From Streptosporangiaceae bacterium (GTDB taxonomy: Bacteria > Actinomycetota > Actinomycetes > Streptosporangiales > Streptosporangiaceae): a stretch of DNA of 61,284 nucleotides. The stretch covers positions 1-61,284 of the forward strand of contig DASXKD010000048.1 of assembly GCA_036497045.1 (NCBI GenBank), written 5' to 3'. Positions 43,376 to 53,284 of this stretch are shown here, piece by piece (position 1 is the stretch's first letter; each line of letters opens with the position of its first letter). The notes beneath the pieces were generated by a model. That model was not told where the DNA came from, searched no databases, and was given only the letters and a program-made list of their open reading frames with translations. Both the position numbers and the translations under genes were made by a program.

Positions 43376-44662
43376 GTGAAGAAGATCGCCCGGCTCTGGC
43401 GGCATGTGGTGATCGACCTGACGCCGCTGCGCAGATCCCGTGACCTGCGGCGCCTTACCGCCGGGCAGCTCTTCTCCGTGCTGGGCGCCCAGCTCACCAC
43501 CGTCGCGGTGCCGTATCAGGTCTATTCGCTGACGCATTCGTCGCTGGACGTCGGGCTGGCCTCGCTCGCTCAACTGCTGCCGCTGATCGCCGGGGGCCTG
43601 CTCGGCGGATCGCTCGCCGACGGCGCCGACCGCCGCCGGTTGCTGTTGCTCTCGCAGTTCCTGACGGCCCTATGCAGCGTCGGCCTGGCGGTCAACACCG
43701 ACCTCGGCCCCGCGCTGTGGCCGCTGTTCGTCCTGCCCGCGGCGGCCGCCGGCTTCAGCGCCGCCACCGAGGCCGGGCTGTCCGCGATCCTGCCGAACCT
43801 GGTCGGCCGGTCCGAGGTGACCTCCGCCAACGCCATGTTCCAGGCACTGTTCCAGCTGGGCCTGGTGGCAGGCCCGGCCATCGCCGGCCTATTGCTCGCC
43901 GGGGTGGGCGTCCGGTTCATCTACTGGATCGACGCGGCCTGCCTCGCGGCGGCCATCCTGGCGGCCTTCCTGATCGGCCCGCAGCCCCCGCAGGGGACCA
44001 GCCATCCGCCCGGGCTGCGCTCGATCGCAGCCGGCTTCGGTTACCTGCGTGGCCGTCAGATCCTCCAGGGCGCCTATCTGCTCGACATCAACGCCATGGT
44101 GTTCGGCATGCCGCGCGCCCTGTTCCCGGCCCTCGCCACCACGGTGTTCGGCGGCGGGGCGCGGACGCTCGGACTGCTCTATGCCGCTCCGGGTGCCGGC
44201 GCCCTGCTCGGCGCGCTCACCACCGGCTGGGTCCGCCGGGTCGGGCGGCAGGGCCTAACGGTCATCATCGCGGTCATCGTCTGGGGCGCCGCGATTACCG
44301 GGTTCGGGCTGGTGCACTGGCTGCCCGCGGCGCTCGCGCTGCTGGCCGTCGCCGGGCTCGCCGACGTCATCTCGGCGGTGTTCCGCAGCACCATCATCCA
44401 GCTCTCCGTGCCGGACGCGCTGCGCGGGCGCCTGATGGGCGTGCAGATGGCGGTCGTCACCGGCGGCCCCCGGATAGGAGACGCGGAGTCGGGGGCGGTG
44501 GCCGCCGCATCCGGCACGACCGCATCGGTGGTCTCCGGCGGCCTGGCCTGCATCGGGGGAGCGCTGATCCTGGCCCGCCTGCTCCCGGCGTTCACCCGCC
44601 AGAAGGCACCGGCGCTCCAGCGCGGGGCCGAGCCTGCTCCCGTTACCGATGCCGCCTCCTGA
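43376..44662 (+). CDS. MFS transporter (EntS/DHA3-like)
   Basis: Start taken at the GTG at 43376 within ORF 42833-44662. Roughly 12 hydrophobic segments (LFSVLGAQLTTVAVPYQVY...). Confidence 0.8.
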   Translation: MKKIARLWRHVVIDLTPLRRSRDLRRLTAGQLFSVLGAQLTTVAVPYQVYSLTHSSLDVGLASLAQLLPLIAGGLLGGSLADGADRRRLLLLSQFLTALCSVGLAVNTDLGPALWPLFVLPAAAAGFSAATEAGLSAILPNLVGRSEVTSANAMFQALFQLGLVAGPAIAGLLLAGVGVRFIYWIDAACLAAAILAAFLIGPQPPQGTSHPPGLRSIAAGFGYLRGRQILQGAYLLDINAMVFGMPRALFPALATTVFGGGARTLGLLYAAPGAGALLGALTTGWVRRVGRQGLTVIIAVIVWGAAITGFGLVHWLPAALALLAVAGLADVISAVFRSTIIQLSVPDALRGRLMGVQMAVVTGGPRIGDAESGAVAAASGTTASVVSGGLACIGGALILARLLPAFTRQKAPALQRGAEPAPVTDAAS

Positions 44663-44724
44663 GCGGTAACGAGCGGCGCACAACGGCTGGCGGGCCCTCG
44701 GGTCCGCGGCCCTGCCCCGCGGGC

Positions 44725-45609
44725 TCAGCTTGGCTGGTCGTCGAGGAACGCGAGGGTGACGGCGGCCAGCAGCGGCGAGCTGAAGATGTTGTAGTGGGTC
44801 AGCCCGGGCAGGATCGCCAGCGCGTGGCCGCCCTTCGGCCGGCCTTCGCCCATCCACCCGCCGTCCCTGTGCCCGCCGTCGAGCAGGCCGAAGACCTCGA
44901 TGTAATGGCTGGGCGGCGCCATGTCCGCATCGGCGGCGACGATCAGAGCCGGCACCTGAAGGCCGCGGACCTCTTCTGTGAAGTCGAAGTCCTTGCCCAT
45001 GCCCTCGCCCATCTTGTCCAGCAGCCGGGGGAAGTCCTCCGGGCGCGGCGCGACCCGCTGGTAGAGCTGGTACATCGGGGTGTCCTTCATGAACTCGGCC
45101 GCGGCCGCGCCCACCTGGCCCTGCTGCGCGAGCATGTCCGGATAGATCGCGTCGCGCCGGATGTTGGCCGAGGCGCAGACCAGCCGCCGGATCATGGCCG
45201 GGTACTTGATCGCGGTCAGCATCGCCACCCCGCCGCCGAGCGAGTAACCCACCACGTCGGGCTTGTCCAGCCTGAGGTGGGTGATGAGCGCGGCGACGTC
45301 ATCAGCCATCAGCCGTATGTCGATCGGCCGGTCGATGTCGGCCGTCCGGCCGTGCCCCTGCAGGTCCATGGTGATGACCTGGTGCCGCTCCGCCAGCGCG
45401 GGAAGGATCGGCCCGAACATCTCGCCAGACCCGAGCCCGCCGTGCAGCAGGATCATCGGCCGCCCGGCGCCGTGCGTCTCGTAGTAGAGGTGGAGGCCGT
45501 TGACCTCGGCGTAGTGTCCGGCGCCCGGCGCGCCTGATGCCCACTCGGTGGCAGTCACTGTGCTGCTCCCCACGTCGTCGTTGACTCCTCTGATGCCGGT
45601 ACAGACCAT
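44725..45609 (-). CDS. Alpha/beta hydrolase
   Basis: MILLHGGLGS and the nucleophile elbow VVGYSLGGG. Start uncertain within the first ~20 codons. Confidence 0.85.
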   Translation of the reverse strand: MVCTGIRGVNDDVGSSTVTATEWASGAPGAGHYAEVNGLHLYYETHGAGRPMILLHGGLGSGEMFGPILPALAERHQVITMDLQGHGRTADIDRPIDIRLMADDVAALITHLRLDKPDVVGYSLGGGVAMLTAIKYPAMIRRLVCASANIRRDAIYPDMLAQQGQVGAAAAEFMKDTPMYQLYQRVAPRPEDFPRLLDKMGEGMGKDFDFTEEVRGLQVPALIVAADADMAPPSHYIEVFGLLDGGHRDGGWMGEGRPKGGHALAILPGLTHYNIFSSPLLAAVTLAFLDDQPS

Positions 45610-45711
45610 GCCCTCCCCCGGAACTCATCGGCGGTAACCACTCCCGCCGGATGTCCGCCGTAGGGCCGGGGTGCTCCTGCCGGTCCCCGGCGCTGCTCCT
45701 ATGCTGGCAGC

Positions 45712-46107
45712 GTGCATCTGGGACTCATCGCCGTCGTGGTGGACGACTACGACTCAGCCATCAGCTTCTTCCTGGACTGTCTGGGCTTCGAGCTGGCTGA
45801 GGACTCCCCGGCCCTGACCAACGACGGGCGGCCTAAACGCTGGGTGGTGGTCAAGCCACGGGGTGCCGTCACGGGCCTGCTGCTAGCCCAGGCCGACGGG
45901 GACGATCAGGCCGCTGTCGTCGGCAACCAAACAGCCGGCCGCGTGGGCTTCTTCCTCGATGTCGAGGACTTCGGTGCCGCCCACGCGCGGATGGCCGCCG
46001 CGGGCGTGCAGTTCCTGACCGAGCCGCGCACCGAGCCCTACGGGCAGGTCGCCGTGTTCCGCGACATCGCCGGCAACAAATGGGACCTGATCGGCCCCGC
46101 GCTATAA
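45712..46107 (+). CDS. VOC/glyoxalase-family protein
   Basis: 131 aa, IAVVVDDYDSAISFFLDCLGFEL...FRDIAGNKWDLI. Confidence 0.85.
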   Translation: MHLGLIAVVVDDYDSAISFFLDCLGFELAEDSPALTNDGRPKRWVVVKPRGAVTGLLLAQADGDDQAAVVGNQTAGRVGFFLDVEDFGAAHARMAAAGVQFLTEPRTEPYGQVAVFRDIAGNKWDLIGPAL

Positions 46108-47013
46108 GGTCGCCTGCCGTCGGCCCGGCCGGGCCTCGGCCCGGGCGAGGAAGTCCCCGGCCACCCGGATGTAGGACTCGCGCTCTTCGACGAAGGCCAT
46201 GTGTGAGCTGTTCTCGAAGATCACCAGTTCGGCGTCGCGAAGGCCGTCGGCCAGTATGGCCAGATGCGCCGGGCGCGCTTCGTCGTACCGGCCGCCGGTG
46301 ACCAGCGCGGGGACGCCGATCTCCGGGAGCCGGCCGGTGACGTCCCAGTCATGCAGGCGGCCGGTGACCGGGCCGAATTCGCTCGCCCCCCACATGGTCA
46401 GGTAGACGTCGGCGCCCATACCGGCGAAGGTCCGCTCCACGCCCGCGGGCCAGGGGTCCTGCCTGCACACATGGCGCCGGTAGAACTGCGTGACCGCCCA
46501 TTGGTATTCGGGGCAGGAGAAATAGCCACCCGCCTCGTGGCTGTCGAGCACGTCACGGACCGGTTTGTCGAGCTTGGCCCGAAGCTTTGCGCAGTCGGTG
46601 ATCCAGCGCGAGACGCTGGGCGGCGAACTGCTGAGGATCAGGCTTTCCAGCTGCGGCCTGCGGTCGAGGGTGTACTGCAGGGCGAGCCAGCCGCCCCAGG
46701 AGTTGCCGAACAGGTGCAGGCGCCCGAGCCCGAGCGCGGCCCGGACCACGGCCAGTTCCTCTACGAACCGGTCGGTGGTCCACAGCGAGTCGTCGGCCGG
46801 CCGGTCCGATCGGCCACAGCCGAGCTGATCGTAGAAGATCACCGGCCTGCTGGCGGCGAGGTCCGCCAGCGGCTCTAGGTAGTCGTGCGGCATGCCGGGG
46901 CCGCCGTGCAGGCAGAGCAGCGGGACGCCTGGCCGGTCCGTACCGATGATCTGGTACCAGACCCGGCCGCCCGGGACCTCGACGTACCCTTCCGTGGTTG
47001 CCGGATCGCCCAT
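46102..47013 (-). CDS. Proline iminopeptidase-family (S33) alpha/beta hydrolase
   Basis: Start taken at the ATG at 47013, after AGGAG. PLLCLHGGPGMPHDY, YDQLGCGRS and GNSWGG. The rest of ORF 46102-47721 is upstream shadow. Confidence 0.85.
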   Translation of the reverse strand: MGDPATTEGYVEVPGGRVWYQIIGTDRPGVPLLCLHGGPGMPHDYLEPLADLAASRPVIFYDQLGCGRSDRPADDSLWTTDRFVEELAVVRAALGLGRLHLFGNSWGGWLALQYTLDRRPQLESLILSSSPPSVSRWITDCAKLRAKLDKPVRDVLDSHEAGGYFSCPEYQWAVTQFYRRHVCRQDPWPAGVERTFAGMGADVYLTMWGASEFGPVTGRLHDWDVTGRLPEIGVPALVTGGRYDEARPAHLAILADGLRDAELVIFENSSHMAFVEERESYIRVAGDFLARAEARPGRRQATL

Positions 47014-47021
47014 AGCCGCTC

Positions 47022-48707
47022 CTACACCTCGGCCGGGAGCACCGGGCCGCCGGTGTGGTCCAGCCAGCCCGCGATGCTGCGAGCCAGGGTTGGCATGGGC
47101 AGCGAGCCGTGGTCCAGAACGGCGCCGTGGAAGGCGGGCAGGGAAAAGGCCGGGCCGAGGCGCTGGCGGGCCTCGTCGCGGATCCGGAGGATCTCCAGCT
47201 TGCCGGTGAGGTAGGCGAGAGCCTGGCCAGGCATCACCACGTACCGGTCGGTCTCGGCAGCCAGGAACTCCCGCGGCATGGGAACGTGCTCCACCAGGTA
47301 GCCGAGGGCCCGTTCGCGGCTCCAGCCGAAGGCGTGGATGCCGGTGTCCACCACCAGCCGGGCGGCGCGCATCAGCGATGTGCTGAACGAGCCGAGCAGG
47401 CCACGCTCGTCGGCGTACAGGCCGGTTTCCTCGGCGAGTTGCTCGGCGTACAGGCCCCAGCCCTCGGAGAACACCGCGATGCTCCGCTGGCGCTGGAGGT
47501 CGGGCAGGCTGGTGAGCAGTTGCAGGCGGGACAGTTGCAGGTGATGCCCGGGCACCGCCTCGTGGAAGGCCACCACCTCGGTGTCCCATCCGGTGCCGGC
47601 GGTGGGCCGCCTGGTATTGAACCAGAACGTCCCTGCCCGGCCGCCGTCCAGGCGCGGCGGCGTGTAGTGCGGTGCCGCACCGCTGACGGCCACGACCTCC
47701 GGCATGGCGGTCACCTCGCACGGCGGTGGCAGCGGCTCGGGGAAGAACTCTGCCGCTCGCTGCTCGGCCCGCCGCACCGCGGCCGCCGCCCGGCGGATCG
47801 CCTCCTCAGGGGACACCTGTCCGGCCGAGTCCCGCAGCGCGGCGAAGACCTCGTCCAGCCCGGAAAGCCCAAGGCCGGCCCCTACCTCCACGGCCCGGGC
47901 CTCCAGCGCCGCGACATGGTCAAGACCGGTCTGATGGAGCTGCTCCGGAGACAACGGCAGGGTCGTATAGATCCGGACCGCCCTGGCGTAGTCCTCCTCG
48001 CCGCCGGGCAGGTAGGCCAGCCCGGCCTGCTCGGCCGGCCGCGCCTGCGGCAGCAACTCCTTGACGGTGGCCACCCACCTGGCCAGCGCGGGTTGCACCA
48101 CCTCCGCGGCGGCCGCCGCGCGCTGCTGCTCCCATCCGGCCGCTGCTTGCCACCCCTGTGGTGGCCGCGGGGAAAGCACCGGGCTGGCCTCTGGGGCAGC
48201 CAGCACCCCCTCGGCCCAGGTGACGGCCTGCTCGGCCAGCGGGGCGACCGGCAGGCGGCCCTTGCGCGCCCCGGTCCGCAGCCGCTCGCCGAGCTGGTCG
48301 AGCCAGGCGCCGCTGCGCTGCAGCCGGGACAGGTAGGCCTCGGCCGCGGTCTGGTCGACCAGGACCGTCCGGGCCGCCACCGCCAGGAAGGCCGCCGGGC
48401 CCGCGTACTGCATCGCGGTGACCGTGTACTCCTCCCGTGCCAGATCGATGCTCTCCTGCTCCTGAACAGCCGCCGCCTTGGCACAGTCGAGCGTGACCGC
48501 CTCCGCCTGCGTCAGCTGCCCGCCCGCGATCACGTCGGCCTCGTCGAGGAACCGCCCGGCCTCAGCGCGCCAGGCCTGCTGGCCCTCCTCGCTCTCGTCC
48601 GGGAGCAGATCGTCATACCCGGGAACGCCGTACATCGTGGCGGCGAACGGGTTCTCTTCCAGCCAGCGGCGGTGCAGCCGGTCGGCCAGGTCACGTGCTG
48701 AGGTCAT
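47022..48707 (-). CDS. DUF885-family protein
   Basis: About 560 aa with VVAFHEAVPGHHLQLS and EGWGLYAEQLAEE motifs typical of DUF885. Confidence 0.8.
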   Translation of the reverse strand: MTSARDLADRLHRRWLEENPFAATMYGVPGYDDLLPDESEEGQQAWRAEAGRFLDEADVIAGGQLTQAEAVTLDCAKAAAVQEQESIDLAREEYTVTAMQYAGPAAFLAVAARTVLVDQTAAEAYLSRLQRSGAWLDQLGERLRTGARKGRLPVAPLAEQAVTWAEGVLAAPEASPVLSPRPPQGWQAAAGWEQQRAAAAAEVVQPALARWVATVKELLPQARPAEQAGLAYLPGGEEDYARAVRIYTTLPLSPEQLHQTGLDHVAALEARAVEVGAGLGLSGLDEVFAALRDSAGQVSPEEAIRRAAAAVRRAEQRAAEFFPEPLPPPCEVTAMPEVVAVSGAAPHYTPPRLDGGRAGTFWFNTRRPTAGTGWDTEVVAFHEAVPGHHLQLSRLQLLTSLPDLQRQRSIAVFSEGWGLYAEQLAEETGLYADERGLLGSFSTSLMRAARLVVDTGIHAFGWSRERALGYLVEHVPMPREFLAAETDRYVVMPGQALAYLTGKLEILRIRDEARQRLGPAFSLPAFHGAVLDHGSLPMPTLARSIAGWLDHTGGPVLPAEV

Positions 48708-49030
48708 GCAACCTTCCACGATTGGTCATGGTCCTGCTGACAGATTTCGCACAGCCCTGCCCTGCCGAAGCCTACGGCCGGCCCGCCAGGCACCTGCCAC
48801 CGGCCAGGCTCCGGGAGGGATTGACATGGCGTAGCGGCCCCAGCCTCTTGCGTAGTTCCGGCCCGCCGGCCCCTGCATGTGGGGCAGCCTGGTGGGTCAA
48901 CAGCACCCAGCGTGTGATTGCTCCCCGCGATCCTGCCGCCCTGAACCCGCTCAGGATCCACACGCAGCTGGCGCCGGTCAGCACCGGGTGAGGGCTGAGC
49001 GCGTCCGCCGCGCCTGACCGAAAGTCGATC

Positions 49031-49948
49031 GTGTCCCACGCGCACGCACGACACCGGAAGTCACCGCGATCCGCGCCCGCCCACCCTGGCGCGGATGCCC
49101 AGCACCGGAGGCCCGCACCGCGCCCGGACCGGAGGTCCGCGCCGCGTCCGGACCGAAGCTCCGCACCGCGTGCGCGGAACAAAGCCGCCCGGATCACGGT
49201 AGCGGCCATTGCGGGCTCGGCTCTGCTGGTCTCCGCCTGGCTGGGCACGGTGCACTGGCTGACGCTCCACCATTCCGCCGCGCTGAACCAGGCCGATGTG
49301 CTCGGCCTGCCGTCGGCAGGTGCCAACCAGGACCTGCTCAGCCAGCGCCCGGCCACGCCACGTGCACAGCTACGTGCGGAGCCACCTACACACGTCACCC
49401 AGCAACCAAAGATCGTCAGCGTGGCCGTCAGCCGCCCGGGGCGGCCTTACTACGTCAACCCGCTCCGCAGCGTCAGTGGCCTGGTTCCTGAGCGCATCGA
49501 CGAGGGCGTCGACTTCGGCGGGACGGGCCCGGTCTACGCCCTCGGCGACGCCATCGTCACCAATGCGGGCGAGAACGCTGGGTGGCCAGGCGGCGGGTGG
49601 ATCACCTACCAGCTCACCGACGGCCCGGACCAGGGGCTGATGGTCTATCTGGCCGAAGACGTCACGCCGACCGTTCAGACCGGCCAGCATGTGACGCCCT
49701 CGACCGTGATCGCCAACATGTTCAACGGCGGCGACGGCATCGAGACCGGATGGGCGCAGCCGACGGGCGTGTCCGCGGAATCGGAGCTTCCGGAAGCCGG
49801 GGGCATCGGCGGCGGCGGCCCGTTCCCGACCAGGGTCGGGCTCAACTTCGACCAGTTGCTTGTGTTGCTGGGAGTGCCGGCCGCGCCCAACGCTGGCCAG
49901 ATCGCATACGGGCTTCTTCCGGCCAACTACCCGACCGTCTGGAAATAG
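49031..49948 (+). CDS. Membrane-anchored LytM/M23-like domain protein lacking the canonical metal-binding His residues
   Basis: Arg/Pro repeat N-terminus and TM segment ITVAAIAGSALLVSAWLG. The C-terminal domain reads IDEGVDFGGTGPVYALGDAIVTNAG...GWITYQL...MVYLAEDVTPTVQTGQHVTPSTVIANM. This has M23 barrel topology, but the HxxxD and HxH positions are substituted. Confidence 0.55.
   Translation: MSHAHARHRKSPRSAPAHPGADAQHRRPAPRPDRRSAPRPDRSSAPRARNKAARITVAAIAGSALLVSAWLGTVHWLTLHHSAALNQADVLGLPSAGANQDLLSQRPATPRAQLRAEPPTHVTQQPKIVSVAVSRPGRPYYVNPLRSVSGLVPERIDEGVDFGGTGPVYALGDAIVTNAGENAGWPGGGWITYQLTDGPDQGLMVYLAEDVTPTVQTGQHVTPSTVIANMFNGGDGIETGWAQPTGVSAESELPEAGGIGGGGPFPTRVGLNFDQLLVLLGVPAAPNAGQIAYGLLPANYPTVWK
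49113..49177. repeat. About 2.7 x 24-nt in-frame tandem repeat
   Basis: CCGCACCGCGCCCGGACCGGAGGT, then CCGCGCCGCGTCCGGACCGAAGCT, then the partial unit CCGCACCGCGTGCGCGG. They encode APRPDRRS APRPDRSS APRAR. Confidence 0.85.
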
Positions 49949-50241
49949 CCACAGGCCCGGTGGCCCGGAGCCCCGGCCGTGGTCACGGCATGGTCAGGAC
50001 CAGCTCCCCCCGGCTCGTAGTCCAGGCCGGGGCCTGGTCACCACGCTGGTGACCGGGTCCTGGGTTCTGCGCCGCTCGCGCGGATCAGGCCTGGGGGCGC
50101 TAGGGCAGGATCGCTCCGGCTTGGCCGGCTGACCTGAGGGCGCGGTGACGCCGCCCTGGCTGGCTCCTGGGTGAAGCCGCGGAACAGCCGGATGTTGCCG
50201 TAACCGGCGGCGCGGAACAGTTCGGCCGCCTGGGCGTGGCG

Positions 50242-51186
50242 TCATGGGCCTGTCATGACGGCGGCGAGAGCAGGCAGTTCGCGGTCTGGGGTGATCAGGT
50301 AGGACAGGCCGAACCTGTCACGCCGCGCCTGAAGGTCCTCACGGATCTGGGCCACGCTGCCAATGAAGACCGTGGGCATTCCCCACACCGCTTCGACATC
50401 GATCCCGCTCCAGCCTCGCCGGGCAATGAGGTCCTCGGTGTCAGCGCGCCGCTGCGTGGTGATGGTGAAGCTGGCGAACGTGCTCAGTTCCAGCGTGCCG
50501 AACCGATCACCGGCCGCCGAACGCAGCACGGCCAGTTTCTGATCGAATGCCGCGGGCAGCCGGTCGGCCGGGTCGTCGCGATCCTCCGAGCCCTTAATCG
50601 GGGCCGGCAGCAGTCCCACGATGTCCGCGTAGCGCGCCGCGACCCCGAGCATGCGCGGGCCGCCGGCGCCGACGAGCAGGCGGGGGCTGCCGTGGCGCTC
50701 CGGCATCACATCCAGATCCAGGCCATCGATCTGATACTCAGAACCGGAGTGATGCACCGGATCGCCGGCCAGCAGGTCCTTGATGATGGACAGCGATTCC
50801 TCGAGCCGGGCGATGCGCCGGCCTGCGGCGTCGAACCGGATGCCCGCCGCGCGGTATTCCGGCTGGTACCAGCCGGCTCCGATGCCAAGCTCGAACCGGC
50901 CACCCGACAGGTGATGCAGGCTCGCCGCCTCGTGCGCGACGATCGCGGGATGCCGGAAGTCGTTGGAGAGCACCAGCGTGCCCACGCGCAGGTCCGCCGT
51001 TACCGCGGCCGCGGCCGCCAGCGCGCTGAACGGGGCCAATTGCTGGCCGAACGCACCCGCTGAGAAATGATCGCGGATGAGCAGCGAGCCGACTCCCGCA
51101 CCTTCGACCCGGCGCGCGTACTCAGCCCACGCCGGGCCATCGAGCACCGTCTCGCTGACCACCCCGAACCGGATGTCCCTGGCCAC
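50242..51186 (-). CDS. LLM-class F420-dependent oxidoreductase
   Basis: 314 aa, FGVVSETV...LLIRDHF...GTLVLSNDFRHPAIVAHEAASLHHLSGGRFELGIGAGW. Confidence 0.85.
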   Translation of the reverse strand: MARDIRFGVVSETVLDGPAWAEYARRVEGAGVGSLLIRDHFSAGAFGQQLAPFSALAAAAAVTADLRVGTLVLSNDFRHPAIVAHEAASLHHLSGGRFELGIGAGWYQPEYRAAGIRFDAAGRRIARLEESLSIIKDLLAGDPVHHSGSEYQIDGLDLDVMPERHGSPRLLVGAGGPRMLGVAARYADIVGLLPAPIKGSEDRDDPADRLPAAFDQKLAVLRSAAGDRFGTLELSTFASFTITTQRRADTEDLIARRGWSGIDVEAVWGMPTVFIGSVAQIREDLQARRDRFGLSYLITPDRELPALAAVMTGP

Positions 51187-51463
51187 CTGCCGCCCTTCCC
51201 ACGACCCCCCGCCCCGCCCTCACCCTAACCTCAGGCGACGGCCGCGGCCTCGCTGATCCACAGCCGCTCGGGCTGGTCCCGTTGGCTCACCGTCTCCTGC
51301 GCTACCGGACCATGCACTACGAACTGCAGGCCGACCGGGCACGGGCCGCGCCCTCATGGGTGCTACCAAACCCTGGCTTAGGCTGCCGGGCCGGGGGCCC
51401 CGGCCAGATAATGGTTCCGGCTGGGTCAGGCCCCGGGTGCCAGCCAGTGGGGAGAACGTGGCC

Positions 51464-51649
51464 ATGAGTGATCAGGCATCGACGCCGGGCGGCGCCGGCG
51501 GTGCGGCGGACAGCACGCCCGAGGCGGCAGCCGAAGACCGCGAGGCCGCCATGATGCGGGAAGTGATGCGGAGGCAGGAAAGGCACCGGGAAGGCGGCGT
51601 CGATCCTGACCTGGACGACGCCGACACCGACGCCGATCCCGGGGCCTAG
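51464..51649 (+). CDS. Possible small acidic protein (61 aa)
   Basis: ATG at 51464 after GGGGAGAA. MSDQASTPGG...EDREAAMMREVMRRQERHREGGVDPDLDDADTDADPGA. Weak evidence only. Confidence 0.35.
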   Translation: MSDQASTPGGAGGAADSTPEAAAEDREAAMMREVMRRQERHREGGVDPDLDDADTDADPGA

Positions 51650-51712
51650 GCCGGCCCGCGTAGTCCTGGGAACTGCTGGCCGAGACACGGCGCCTTCACG
51701 GCCAGCGCCGGG

Positions 51713-53284
51713 TCAGCCGACCTGCTTGGCATGACCGGCCCAGTATGGTGCCCGAAGCTCGCGCTTGAGCAGCTTGCCCGAGCCGGTGCGCGGAAGCTCA
51801 TCGGCGAAGGCCACGGAGCGGGGGCACTTATACGCGGCCAGGTGCTGCCGGGCGTAGTCGATCACGCCGGCCTCCGACAGCGACGTGCCCGGGGCAAGGA
51901 CCACGGTGGCGTGCACCTGCTCGCCCCACTGCTCGGAGGGGATCCCGAAGACCGCGACGTCGAAGATGCCCGGATGCTGTTCCATGGCAGCCTCGATCTC
52001 GGCGGGATAGATGTTCATGCCGCCGGAGATGATCATGTCGTTCTTGCGGTCGCAGATGTAGTAGAAGCCTTCCTCGTCCCGGTAGGCGATGTCGCCCACG
52101 GTATGGAAGTCGCCGTGCATGGCGGCCCGGTAGCTCTCTGGCTGCTTGTAGTACTCGTTGAAGACCGCGGCGGAACAGATGTACAGCTCGCCGGAGTGCT
52201 CAGGGCCGGTTCCGGTGACCTCGTTGCCGTCGGCGTCGAGCAGGCGGATCTCGACGCCGGGGGCCGGCTTGCCGCACGAGCCCGGCTTGCGCAACTGGTC
52301 CCTGGGCTCAAGCACGCAGTTGATCCCGAGTTCGGTCGATCCGTAGACCTCCCAGAGCGAGTCCGGCGGGAAGTCGGCCAGGTAGGCCTGCTTGAGCGCG
52401 AAGCTCCACGGCGCGGCGTTGGCCAGCATGATCCGCATCGAGGACCGGTCGTAGCGCGCCTTGACCTCGGCGGGCAGCGCGCACACCAGGCGGATCAGCG
52501 GCGGCGCGGAGAAGGTGGAGGTGACCTTGTACTTGTCCACCAGCCGCAGCCAGTCCTCCGGGTCGAACTTGTGCTGGATGATGATCGTCTGGCCGAGTGT
52601 GAGCCCGACGCCCATGAACGCCAGCGGCCCGCTGTGATACAGCGGGCCGGAGGTCAGGTAGACGTCGTCCGCCGTGTAGCCGATGAAGCCGATCAGCGCG
52701 ACCGCGGTGGTCTGGTCGGTGATCTTGCGGTAAGCACCCTTCGGCTTGCCGGTCGTCCCCGAGGTGTAGATCATCGTCGCGACGGTGCCCTCGGTCTCGG
52801 CGGCCGGGGGCCGCGCCGGCGCCTGGGCGACGAAGTCCGCGCCGAGCGTCCCCGGCGGAGCGGCGCCACTGTGGACGAGCACGTGACGCAGGTTGCCCTG
52901 AGGTCGCGGGATCAGGTGCGCATATTCCGCATCGACGTACGCGGCGCAGGCGTCGGAATGGGTCACGATGTAGCGGGCTTCCTCGGCCGTCAGCCGGTAA
53001 TTCAGCGGGACCGCGACCGCTCCGAGCTTCCTGGTCGCGTTGACGACCGCTACGACCTGCGGCGAGTTGGGCCCGCACCAGATGACCTTCTCATCCGGGC
53101 CCACGCCCAGCGCGGCAAGCGCATTGGCCAGCCGGTTCGCCTCCGCCTCGAGCTGAGCGTAGGTCCACGAGACGACGCCGGTGCCTGGCCTGTCGTCGAC
53201 GACGGCGAGCTTGCCGGGCTGAGCTGAGGCGTAGAGGGTCAGGAGATCTGGCATCTGTGCTGCGGCCACAGCGGCCATCCTCAC
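51713..53284 (-). CDS. AMP-dependent synthetase/ligase (acyl-CoA synthetase)
   Basis: AMP-binding motif MIYTSGTTGKPKGA. Also YGSTE, GDIAYRDEEGFYYICDRKNDMIISGG and the C-terminal GKLLKRELR. A possible alternative start is at 53254. Confidence 0.9.
   Translation of the reverse strand: MRMAAVAAAQMPDLLTLYASAQPGKLAVVDDRPGTGVVSWTYAQLEAEANRLANALAALGVGPDEKVIWCGPNSPQVVAVVNATRKLGAVAVPLNYRLTAEEARYIVTHSDACAAYVDAEYAHLIPRPQGNLRHVLVHSGAAPPGTLGADFVAQAPARPPAAETEGTVATMIYTSGTTGKPKGAYRKITDQTTAVALIGFIGYTADDVYLTSGPLYHSGPLAFMGVGLTLGQTIIIQHKFDPEDWLRLVDKYKVTSTFSAPPLIRLVCALPAEVKARYDRSSMRIMLANAAPWSFALKQAYLADFPPDSLWEVYGSTELGINCVLEPRDQLRKPGSCGKPAPGVEIRLLDADGNEVTGTGPEHSGELYICSAAVFNEYYKQPESYRAAMHGDFHTVGDIAYRDEEGFYYICDRKNDMIISGGMNIYPAEIEAAMEQHPGIFDVAVFGIPSEQWGEQVHATVVLAPGTSLSEAGVIDYARQHLAAYKCPRSVAFADELPRTGSGKLLKRELRAPYWAGHAKQVG

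Noticed and set aside
50135-50241. Minus-strand fragment AQAAELFRAAGYGNIRLFRGFTQEP resembling a methyltransferase C-terminus just after the LLM gene.
   Set aside because: It is too short. Its upstream part would overlap the LLM oxidoreductase. It may be a relic or chance.
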